A stretch of DNA of 32,000 nt from Candidatus Saccharimonadota bacterium (lineage in GTDB: Bacteria; Patescibacteriota; Saccharimonadia; Saccharimonadales; Saccharimonadaceae). The notes under the pieces are model-generated. The model saw nothing but the letters and a program-made list of their open reading frames with translations. It had not been told where the DNA came from and did no database searches. Shown piece by piece: positions 23,344 to 31,273 of this stretch. Position 1 is the first letter of the stretch; every line of letters starts with the position of its first letter. Made by a program: the position numbers and the translations under genes. The DNA is taken from positions 450,001 to 482,000 of the forward strand of contig CP060232.1 in the NCBI GenBank assembly GCA_023898645.1, written 5' to 3'.

Positions 23344-23985
23344 TCGATCGGGATAGTCGGTGACGACTGCGTCGATTTCTCGCCGGTCGAGTAATTTTGC
23401 CGCTTGAGGTCGGTTTACCGTATATACATAGGTGAAGATTTTCGACTTCTTGGCAATTTCAATCGCAAGTTTATTTACATGAAGACGGTGCCAGCCGACG
23501 GCAGCAAGCTTGAGTTTGCGATTGTATGTGATGAAGGCGAATGGGTTTACGCTGTGTAATAGAGCCAGGTTTATGTATTTGTTTAACGAGCGCAGCTTCC
23601 ATAGTGTACGTATGTGAAATGATGAGATAAGTACATTGTCCCACTCGTTTGGCTGATTGATGTACTTTTTGTCGAGTAGGTCGTAGACAATTTCTATGCC
23701 GTCGACTGGCTTGTATTCTAGATTAAGTAATATTTCACCAAAGAATTCATCTAGTACCGACGCAAGAGTGACAACCGAACCGGCTTTTTTGAGTTCGGCG
23801 AGCGTTGACTTGCGCACGGAGTGACCATGGAGTGCGGCATCGTGGCTAAGTATAGGGGTGCCGTCAGATGTTAAGCGGACGTCGAATTCAAGTATGTCAG
23901 CACCAGCATCCTTGCCGACGCGCAAGGACTCCAAAGTGTTTTCTGGCGCCAAACCTGCTGCGCCTCGATGTCCGATTACTAACAT
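23326..23985 (-). CDS. Glycerophosphodiester phosphodiesterase family protein
   Basis: 219 aa. The GDPD motifs are VIGHRGAAGLAPENTLES, EFDVRLTSDGTPILSHD and TDYP near the C-terminus. Confidence 0.88.
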   Translation of the reverse strand: MLVIGHRGAAGLAPENTLESLRVGKDAGADILEFDVRLTSDGTPILSHDAALHGHSVRKSTLAELKKAGSVVTLASVLDEFFGEILLNLEYKPVDGIEIVYDLLDKKYINQPNEWDNVLISSFHIRTLWKLRSLNKYINLALLHSVNPFAFITYNRKLKLAAVGWHRLHVNKLAIEIAKKSKIFTYVYTVNRPQAAKLLDRREIDAVVTDYPDRIANKL

Positions 23986-24044
23986 ATCCTAGCTATAGTA
24001 TACTGGATGGAGACAATACAGACGAAAAGAATACAGGAGAAACA

Positions 24045-24572
24045 ATGGCAGATTTTAACAAGATACTTACACCAGGTGATGTCGATGGCGGCGTCGTAAA
24101 CGTAGTGATTGAAATTCCGGCTGGCAGCAGCCACAAGATTGAGTGGAATCGCGAACTCGCAGTGATGCAGTTAGACCGCATCGACCCAGCTATTTTCGCT
24201 AAACCTACTAACTATGGTTTCATACCACAGACGCTCGATGAAGATGGCGATGAATTGGACGCATTGATTGTAACTGACGCTCCGCTACCCACGGGTATAT
24301 TCCTAGAAGCAAAGGTGATCGGTGTGATGAAGTTTGAAGATGACGGTGAAGTGGATGACAAGATTGTCGTGGTGCCTGCCGACGACCGAAATAGCGGCAA
24401 TCGTATCCAGAGCCTGAGTGACATCCCACAATTGGTTAAGCAGATTGAAAACCACTTTAACCACTATAAGGATCTTAAAAAACCCGGCACTACAATTGTT
24501 AAAAGTTGGGGCGACGTCGAAGAGGCTAAGGTTGTTATACACGAATCGATTGAACGCTGGAATAATCGCTAA
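24045..24572 (+). CDS. ppa: Inorganic pyrophosphatase (family I)
   Basis: The start is set at ATG 24045 (AGGAG 5 nt upstream), giving 175 aa. Motifs are VVIEIPAGSSHKIE, YGFIPQTLDEDGDELDALIV and DDKIV. Confidence 0.93.
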   Translation: MADFNKILTPGDVDGGVVNVVIEIPAGSSHKIEWNRELAVMQLDRIDPAIFAKPTNYGFIPQTLDEDGDELDALIVTDAPLPTGIFLEAKVIGVMKFEDDGEVDDKIVVVPADDRNSGNRIQSLSDIPQLVKQIENHFNHYKDLKKPGTTIVKSWGDVEEAKVVIHESIERWNNR

Positions 24573-24574
24573 CA

Positions 24575-25045
24575 ATGGCAAAGACGAAGTTTGTCGCAAA
24601 GGTATTACTCCTTGATGGCAACGGAGACTTTTTGTTGCTTACGAGAAGCGACACACACCCAAGCTTGGCTGGTTTTTATGACCTGCCAGGTGGAATGATT
24701 GAAGACGGCGAAGAGCCTGGCGCTGCGGTTATAAGAGAGGTAAAAGAAGAAACTGGCATTGAATTGCCTCATCATGCAGTCAAGGTGATATACACCACGA
24801 CGCATGTCATGCATGACAAAAGCTACCCTACATTGCTGTATCTTGCGCGCATAGAAATGAAGAGTCCTGATATACAGATTAGCTGGGAACATAAGTCACA
24901 CGAGTGGGCCCCACTTCATCGCATGGCTGATGTTGAGCCACAGTTGGCATCTACATACCAAGAGGCGTTTGCTTATGTTCGAGCACACAATATCATTGAA
25001 GATATAGATATCGTCGTAGGCGAAATTCAGGAAGCCGCAGCTTAG
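24575..25045 (+). CDS. NUDIX hydrolase
   Basis: 156 aa. The Nudix box is GGMIEDGEEPGAAVIREVKEETGI (GX5EX7REUXEEXGU). It starts 2 nt after the ppa stop. Confidence 0.9.
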   Translation: MAKTKFVAKVLLLDGNGDFLLLTRSDTHPSLAGFYDLPGGMIEDGEEPGAAVIREVKEETGIELPHHAVKVIYTTTHVMHDKSYPTLLYLARIEMKSPDIQISWEHKSHEWAPLHRMADVEPQLASTYQEAFAYVRAHNIIEDIDIVVGEIQEAAA

Positions 25046-25088
25046 TTTTTTGTATACATAGCAAGCTTTGGCCTAAGTTTACTCTGGT

Positions 25089-26633
25089 TTACTTACGCGC
25101 TTTGCCTTTTTTGCGAGCTGCTTTATCGCGGATTATAGCCGCAGCGCCGCTGACGGCTTGCAGGAGGCCGAGCTTCCGGAGTTGCATACGTAATTTTGCT
25201 CGAGCATGACTTGTGGTGACGAGCTCTAACCAGTCGCTTTTTGGTTGGGATAATTTACGAGTTATGACTTCGACGACGTCGCCATTATGAAGCGGTTTGT
25301 CAAAAGCGTGAATCCTACCGTTAACGCGGAAGCTGTATGAGTGTTTACCGATGTCGCTATGGACCAGATAGGCAAAATCAAGCGGCAATGCGCCTTCGGG
25401 TAAGTTGTAGATGTCGCCTTTTGGTGAATAAACAAAGATGCGATTGCCAAAAAGATCGACATTTAACTGGTCCTGGCTAATCTCTTCGCCGTCCTTTAAG
25501 CGCGCTGCCACTTCTTGCATCTGTGTAATCCACTGTAGTTCGGCGGGTAGATGACTGGATTTTTTACGGGCGTAATTTTTGCTGCTTTTTTGCTCGTGGT
25601 AGTGAAAACTGGCGGCTAGTCCGCGTTCGGCATATTCGTGCATTTCGTTGGTACGAATCTGAAATTCAACAATCTGCTTACTCGGCGTAATGACGGTGGT
25701 GTGGAGACTTTGATAACCGTTTGGTTTCGGTATGGCTATGTAGTCTTTAATTCGGGCGAGCATTGGCTGATACATGCCGTGCAATATACCTAGTACTCGG
25801 TAGCAGGTTTCGTTGTTTGGCACGATGATTCGTAGAGCCATGAGGTCGTAAATGTCATCGATGTTGCCGTCGACTTTTTCAAGCTTTTTGTGCAAGCTAT
25901 AGACGCTTTTCACGCGACCGTTAATTTCAAACTCTATGCCTTGTTTTTTGAGCTCACGTTCAACGTCGGTGCGGACGGCACCAAGTTTACGGGTACTTTT
26001 TCCTAGGCGCTTACGGATGATGTTTTTAAGCCTGTCAAACTCACTAGGGTCCAGGTATCGAAAAGCCAGCTCTTCGATTTCCATACGCACGCGACCCATA
26101 CCAAGGCGATCGGCCATTGGGGCAAAAACCTCGAGTGATTCACGGGCGATTTTTTGTTGTTTGTCGGTTGGCATGTATTTTAACGTCTGTAGATTGTGTA
26201 GTCGGTCGGCTAGTTTGATGATGATAACGCGAACGTCCTGACTGACGGCGATGAGTAATTTGGAAAGATTGTCCTTTGTTTGAGGTAAATAATTTCCTAG
26301 GTCTTGCATACCGGAGCGGGCTTGGCTGACTTTAGTGACGCCGTCGACCAAGAAGGCGACATCATGGCCGAAAAGTGACTCAATTTCATCAAGTGTAGCG
26401 TCGGTATCTTCGACGGTGTCATGTAAAATACCAGCCAGGACGGTGTCGATGTCCATGCCCCATTCAATCAAAAGACGGGCTACTGCTAGCGGGTGAACGA
26501 TGTATGGCTTGCCACTAAGGCGTTTTTGTCCCAGGTGTTTCTCGGTTGCAAAATTAATAGCATGCGTGAGCTCTGCGAGCTGGTTTTCATCGTATAGCTC
26601 CTTTGCTAGTAGTAATACCTCACGTCGTTCCAT
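25089..26633 (-). CDS. rel: Bifunctional (p)ppGpp synthetase/hydrolase, short RelA/SpoT homologue (HD + synthetase + TGS; no ACT/RRM region)
   Basis: 514 aa with HD motifs (HPLAVA, HDTVEDT), a synthetase core (YDLMALRIIV, GYQSLHTTV, EFQIRT) and TGS (IFVYSPKGDIYNLPEGALPLDFAY...). It ends ~60 aa after TGS with the basic tail KAARKKGKARK. Confidence 0.92.
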   Translation of the reverse strand: MERREVLLLAKELYDENQLAELTHAINFATEKHLGQKRLSGKPYIVHPLAVARLLIEWGMDIDTVLAGILHDTVEDTDATLDEIESLFGHDVAFLVDGVTKVSQARSGMQDLGNYLPQTKDNLSKLLIAVSQDVRVIIIKLADRLHNLQTLKYMPTDKQQKIARESLEVFAPMADRLGMGRVRMEIEELAFRYLDPSEFDRLKNIIRKRLGKSTRKLGAVRTDVERELKKQGIEFEINGRVKSVYSLHKKLEKVDGNIDDIYDLMALRIIVPNNETCYRVLGILHGMYQPMLARIKDYIAIPKPNGYQSLHTTVITPSKQIVEFQIRTNEMHEYAERGLAASFHYHEQKSSKNYARKKSSHLPAELQWITQMQEVAARLKDGEEISQDQLNVDLFGNRIFVYSPKGDIYNLPEGALPLDFAYLVHSDIGKHSYSFRVNGRIHAFDKPLHNGDVVEVITRKLSQPKSDWLELVTTSHARAKLRMQLRKLGLLQAVSGAAAIIRDKAARKKGKARK

Positions 26634-26715
26634 GCTTACCAGTATAAATCAGTTATGATAATTAAAAAACCACCATTAGAGGTGGTGACGGTTCGCATGG
26701 ATTGAGGGTAAATAT

Positions 26716-26745
26716 TTGCACATTCCGCTAACGCTGTTATACAAT
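26716..26745 (+). promoter_or_regulatory. Candidate gap promoter
   Basis: TTGCAC (26716-26721), 18-nt spacer, TACAAT (26740-26745), with a ~40-nt leader to ATG 26791. Confidence 0.35.
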
Positions 26746-26790
26746 TGGGTATGAAATTACTAACACTTAATAAGAGGGTGGTTAACACGA

Positions 26791-27810
26791 ATGGCAGTAG
26801 TAAAATTAGGTATCAACGGTTTCGGACGTATTGGTCGTAATGCATTTAAGATTGCATTTGAGCGTAGCGATTTAGAAGTTGTCGCAATCAACGACCTGAC
26901 AGATACCAAGACGTTGGCGTATCTTCTCAAACATGACAGCAACTACGGTACGTATCAGTATGACGTAAGCTATGATGACACTAACATTATCGTGAATGGC
27001 AAGCACGTGAAAGTTTTGGCGGAGAAGGATCCAGCAGTTTTACCTTGGGGTGACTTAGGTGTTGATCTTGTCATCGAGTCAACTGGACGCTTCACAAAGA
27101 AAGAAGATGCTGAAAAGCACATCACCGGTGGTGGTGCGAAGCGAGTTGTTATCAGTGGTCCAAGTAAGTCTGACGGTGTCGACACGATTGTGCTTGGTGC
27201 GAACGACGACAAGATCGGCAGTGCTACAGAAGTAGTAAGCAACGCCAGCTGTACTACGAACAGCCTTGGTGCAGTCATGGCGATTCTTGATAGTGAATTT
27301 GGCGTAGAGAAATCGCTACTTACGACTGTCCATAGTTACACGGCCAGTCAGGTTGTTCAGGACGCACCGAACAAAGACTTGCGCGAAGGCCGCAATGCTG
27401 CAGAAAACATGGTTCCTACAACGACCGGAGCTGCTATTGCAGTCACGAAAACGCTTCCAAATCTCGAAGGTAAATTTGACGGTTTGTCGATTCGTGTGCC
27501 AACCCCTGTCGTCTCTATTAGCGACGTAACTGCACTCTTGTCTAAGGATGTTACTGTCGAAGAAGTGAATGACGTGTTTAAAAAAGCCGCAGCTGATCCG
27601 TTCTATCAGGGTATCTTAGCAGTTAGCGAAGAGGCGCTTGTAAGTCGTGACTATATTGGCGATAGTCACTCTGGCACAGTTGACTTGTTGCTAACAAAGG
27701 TTGTCGGCGGTAACTTGATTAAGATTTGTGTCTGGTATGACAACGAATGGGGCTATAGTAACCGTTTGGTCGAACTAGTGGCTGACCTCGGCAAAAAACT
27801 CGGCGAATAA
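26791..27810 (+). CDS. gap: Glyceraldehyde-3-phosphate dehydrogenase (type I)
   Basis: 339 aa with INGFGRIGR (NAD binding), the catalytic SNASCTTN, and WYDNEWGYS. Confidence 0.96.
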   Translation: MAVVKLGINGFGRIGRNAFKIAFERSDLEVVAINDLTDTKTLAYLLKHDSNYGTYQYDVSYDDTNIIVNGKHVKVLAEKDPAVLPWGDLGVDLVIESTGRFTKKEDAEKHITGGGAKRVVISGPSKSDGVDTIVLGANDDKIGSATEVVSNASCTTNSLGAVMAILDSEFGVEKSLLTTVHSYTASQVVQDAPNKDLREGRNAAENMVPTTTGAAIAVTKTLPNLEGKFDGLSIRVPTPVVSISDVTALLSKDVTVEEVNDVFKKAAADPFYQGILAVSEEALVSRDYIGDSHSGTVDLLLTKVVGGNLIKICVWYDNEWGYSNRLVELVADLGKKLGE

Positions 27811-27821
27811 TCAATATATGA

Positions 27822-27850
27822 AAATGGTGCACTCGTTAAGTGCACCATTT
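27822..27850. terminator. Bidirectional terminator hairpin
   Basis: Perfect 11-bp stem aaatggtgcac / gtgcaccattt with a 7-nt loop, between convergent gap and the 100-aa gene. Confidence 0.7.
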
Positions 27851-27861
27851 AGCGCTGGGCG

Positions 27862-28164
27862 CTAAGTTATCTCAGAAAGCACTTGAAGATTTACGAGTTT
27901 AGATGGCGCTCTCTGCGTTATGGCTACCAGGTAGAGCCTGCCGCTAATCTTGGCATACCCTGTAACGTACCATATGACCGCAATTTTTCCGAACTCTCTT
28001 TTTTTGGGCGTCGACTGGATGTTGACGGTTGTTAGAGGGGATACGGATAAATTAGACCGATTGAACACGTCGATATAGTGACCGCGTCTCATGTTTGACA
28101 CGTGTAGTCTACCAATCGATAGGTCCGCATACTGCTTGATCGGTTGAGCGATCGCAGAACTCAT
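27862..28164 (-). CDS. Hypothetical protein (100 aa, predicted beta-rich, no recognised family)
   Basis: AGGAG lies 5 nt upstream of ATG 28164. It is a monocistronic unit with a terminator at 27822-27850. Confidence 0.6.
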   Translation of the reverse strand: MSSAIAQPIKQYADLSIGRLHVSNMRRGHYIDVFNRSNLSVSPLTTVNIQSTPKKREFGKIAVIWYVTGYAKISGRLYLVAITQRAPSKLVNLQVLSEIT

Positions 28165-28288
28165 ATTTACTCCTGTCGAGCTGTGCTTTTGAGGACAATA
28201 CTACAATACGTAATTTATCGGATTTTGTCAAGTTGTCACATGTGTAAAAAATGCCGATGCTGGACTTTTATTTTCTTCAAAAAACGCT

Positions 28289-28294
28289 TATACT
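28289..28294 (+). promoter_or_regulatory. -10 element giving a leaderless rpiB operon mRNA
   Basis: TATACT (28289-28294), 6 nt, ATG 28301. No SD. The upstream region is T-rich. Confidence 0.4.
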
Positions 28295-28300
28295 TAAGAC

Positions 28301-28756
28301 ATGAAAATCTATTTGGGCTCTGATCATGCTGGTTTCGATTTAAAAGAAGACGTGTTTGCTTATCTGGTGAAGCGCAATATTGACGTTGATGATGTTGGTG
28401 CGAAAGTACCTGATCCAAACGACGATTTCCCTCAGTTTGCCCAAGCTGCCGCCATTAAAGTGATTGGTGACGATGATCCTGACGCTCGAGCAATCTTGAT
28501 TTGCGGTGGCGGGCAGGGTATGGCGATGGCTGCAAATCGTTTTCGCGGAATCCGCGCTAGTGTCATATGGGACGCAGAAGAAGCGCGCATGACTCGCAAC
28601 GACAACGATTGTAACGTACTGTGCTTACCGGCGCGTGTATTGCAGCGTGAAGATGAAGCTGTCTGGCAGGACATTTTAGATACATGGCTCAATACGCCAT
28701 TCGCAGATGCTGCTCGATATAAACGCCGAAACGCAGAACTGGATGAGCTTTCGTAA
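28301..28756 (+). CDS. rpiB: Ribose-5-phosphate isomerase B
   Basis: 151 aa with MKIYLGSDHAGFDLKE and ILICGGGQGMAMAANRFRGIRA, as expected for the RpiB/LacAB family. Confidence 0.93.
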   Translation: MKIYLGSDHAGFDLKEDVFAYLVKRNIDVDDVGAKVPDPNDDFPQFAQAAAIKVIGDDDPDARAILICGGGQGMAMAANRFRGIRASVIWDAEEARMTRNDNDCNVLCLPARVLQREDEAVWQDILDTWLNTPFADAARYKRRNAELDELS

Positions 28757-29400
28757 TGTCGACAATCGTCCCATGCGTTACTGTTAGTACTCCCGAGGAC
28801 TATAAGACGTCTCTAGGGCGAGTTCACACGTTTGCTCGTCGAATCCACATTGATTTTTCAGATGGTTCGTTTGCGCCGAATCAGTCCATAGCCGCTAACC
28901 AGATCTGGTGGCCGCAAGAGTGGCAGACAGACATCCATGCGATGGTTGCCGATCCGACGATTCATGTTGATTCTTTGCTTGCACTCCGACCACACTTGAT
29001 TATTTTTCATGTAGAAGTGAAAATCGATTTAATGCCCGTGTTGCAAAAAATAAAAGCGGCAGGTGTCAAAGCTGGGGTTGCACTAATGAGAACGACCGTT
29101 CCGTCGGACGTCTCACAATTGATTGGTGCTGCGGACCACGTGATGATTTTCAGTGGTGATCTGGGTAAATATGGCGGAAAGGCCAGCTTGATGCAACTCG
29201 AAAAAATCCGCTTGATTAAAAACATCAATGCCGGAGTCGAAATCGGCTGGGACGGAGGAATTAATTTGGACAACGCGTTTAGTTTAATGCAGGGTGGCGT
29301 CGATGTGTTATACGTTGGCGGCGCGATTCAAACGGCGGCAAATCCCGAGTCTGCGTATGCGGCATTGGTTAAAGAAGTAGGAAAACAGGGGGCGATGTAA
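28756..29400 (+). CDS. rpe: Ribulose-phosphate 3-epimerase family protein (divergent)
   Basis: 214 aa, aligning motif by motif to E. coli Rpe: IHIDFSDGSFAPN / VHFDVMDNHYVPN, DIHAMV / DVHLMV, IIFHVE / ITFHPE, GWDGGIN / EVDGGVK. It has a TAATG overlap with rpiB. Confidence 0.8.
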   Translation: MSTIVPCVTVSTPEDYKTSLGRVHTFARRIHIDFSDGSFAPNQSIAANQIWWPQEWQTDIHAMVADPTIHVDSLLALRPHLIIFHVEVKIDLMPVLQKIKAAGVKAGVALMRTTVPSDVSQLIGAADHVMIFSGDLGKYGGKASLMQLEKIRLIKNINAGVEIGWDGGINLDNAFSLMQGGVDVLYVGGAIQTAANPESAYAALVKEVGKQGAM

Positions 29401-30260
29401 TGCATAAAAATTTAACAGTAACTGACCTTGAGCATAAGGCATATACAATCCGCGAAGATATCATCCGTATGCTTGAGCATGCCGGTAGCGGTCATAGTGC
29501 CGGTCCACTGGGCTTGGCTGAAGTCTTTTCGGCGCTGTATTTCAATATTATGCGCATAGATCCGAAGAATCCCGATTGGGAAGATCGCGATTTCTTCTTC
29601 TTGAGTAACGGCCACTGTGTGCCGGTGCAGTATGCGGCGATGGCTGAGGCAGGCTATTTTGACAAAGACGAACTTATGACGCTACGAAAATTCGGTAGTC
29701 GTCTGCAGGGTCACCCAGAGCGCACACGGCTACCGGGGCTCGAAAATACCAGCGGACCGCTGGGTAGTGGTTTGTCTCAAGCGGCGGGGGTTGCGCACAC
29801 ACTGCAACATATTGACAAGCAGATACACAGGTTTGTGTATGTAGTGACCGGAGACGGTGAGCTAAACGAAGGTAATATATGGGAAGCGGCGATGTTTGCC
29901 GGAAAGTACAAACTGTCCCAATTGGTCGTATTTGTTGATCGCAATAACATACAGATCGATGGCACCACCGAAGACGTTATGCCACTCGAAGATTTACATG
30001 GCAAGTGGGAGTCTTTTGGCTGGCACGTGCAAGAAGTCGACGGACATAATATCGAAAGCATTGTAGACGCTGCCAGTATGGCTCGAGCAATTACCAACAA
30101 ACCAAGCGTTATAATCACACACACGATACCCGGCAAGGGCGTTGATTTTATGGAATACGACTATCACTGGCACGGTGCGCCACCAAACGCAGAGCAAGCA
30201 AAGGACGCGTTGCACAAACTACGCACGCTAGACGGTAAGATCAAGGGGGAGCACGAGTAA
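29400..30260 (+). CDS. Transketolase, N-terminal (TPP-binding) subunit
   Basis: 286 aa with GSGHSAGPLG, GHPE and the TPP motif VTGDGELNEGNIWEA. It has a TAATG overlap with rpe. Confidence 0.93.
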   Translation: MHKNLTVTDLEHKAYTIREDIIRMLEHAGSGHSAGPLGLAEVFSALYFNIMRIDPKNPDWEDRDFFFLSNGHCVPVQYAAMAEAGYFDKDELMTLRKFGSRLQGHPERTRLPGLENTSGPLGSGLSQAAGVAHTLQHIDKQIHRFVYVVTGDGELNEGNIWEAAMFAGKYKLSQLVVFVDRNNIQIDGTTEDVMPLEDLHGKWESFGWHVQEVDGHNIESIVDAASMARAITNKPSVIITHTIPGKGVDFMEYDYHWHGAPPNAEQAKDALHKLRTLDGKIKGEHE

Positions 30261-31258
30261 TGAGCCACTATCAACTTTCTGACAAGCTATTTACAGACGA
30301 CCAGGGAAGTGAGCCAATTCGTGCTGGTTTTGGACGAGGTCTAAAGGCTGCTGGCGAAGCGAATGAAAATATCGTTGCACTTTGCGCTGACCTGACCGAT
30401 AGTACGCAGATGAGCAAGTTTAAAGAAGCTTTTCCGGAACGTTTCGTAGAGATTGGCGTGGCGGAGCAGAACCTCGTGACGGTCGCAAGTGGCATGGCTC
30501 GTGTCGGCAAGATTCCTTTTACGAGTAGTTACGCTGCATTTAGTCCTGGCCGCAACTGGGAGCAAATCCGCACGACGGCATGTTTGAATGATCAGCCTGT
30601 CAAGGTTGTTGGAAGTCATGCGGGCGTGAGCGTAGGGCCGGATGGCGCTACTCACCAGATGCTTGAAGACATTGCGCTTATGCGCGTTCTGCCAAATATG
30701 GTTGTCGTTGCTCCTGGAGATGGCATAGAAGCAGAGAAGGCCACGAAGGCCATAGCTGAAAATGGCAAGCCTAGCTATCTGCGCCTAGCTCGCGAAAAAA
30801 CGCCGATCTTTAGTACCGAGCATTCACCTTTTGAAATAGGCAAGGCCTACGTACTGCGAGAAGGCTATGACGTTAGTCTGCTGGGTACCGGCACGATGAC
30901 CTACCAGATGCTTGCAGCGGCCGTGGAGCTTGAAAAGCATGGCATCAGTGCCGAAGTGGTACATGTGCCGACGATCAAGCCACTTGACGACCATACGATT
31001 TTGGCGAGTGCCAAAAAAACCGGTCGTGTTGTGACGGCGGAGGAAGCGCAAATTAGCGGTGGGTTTGGTGCTGCAGTGGCGGAACTATTGTCTGAACATC
31101 TGCCAACTCCACTGAAGCGTATTGGTATGATGGACCGGTTTGGCGAGTCTGGCACACCGGATGAATTGCTAACGCACTTCGGTTTGACAGGTGATAAAAT
31201 TGCGCACACCGTGAAAGAGTTTGTAAGTGAAAAACCACAATATCATAGGGAATTTTAG
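30260..31258 (+). CDS. Transketolase, C-terminal (pyrimidine-binding) subunit
   Basis: 332 aa with FVEIGVAEQNLV and GPDGATHQMLEDIALMRVLPNM. It has a TAATG overlap with the N-terminal subunit gene. Confidence 0.93.
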   Translation: MSHYQLSDKLFTDDQGSEPIRAGFGRGLKAAGEANENIVALCADLTDSTQMSKFKEAFPERFVEIGVAEQNLVTVASGMARVGKIPFTSSYAAFSPGRNWEQIRTTACLNDQPVKVVGSHAGVSVGPDGATHQMLEDIALMRVLPNMVVVAPGDGIEAEKATKAIAENGKPSYLRLAREKTPIFSTEHSPFEIGKAYVLREGYDVSLLGTGTMTYQMLAAAVELEKHGISAEVVHVPTIKPLDDHTILASAKKTGRVVTAEEAQISGGFGAAVAELLSEHLPTPLKRIGMMDRFGESGTPDELLTHFGLTGDKIAHTVKEFVSEKPQYHREF

Positions 31259-31273
31259 GGAGGGGCTATTGCG

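Noticed and set aside
23868-24044. The 59-aa N-terminal extension of the ppa ORF
   Set aside because: It overlaps the GDPD gene on the opposite strand. An AGGAG SD precedes ATG 24045, and the resulting 175-aa protein has canonical family I PPase length.
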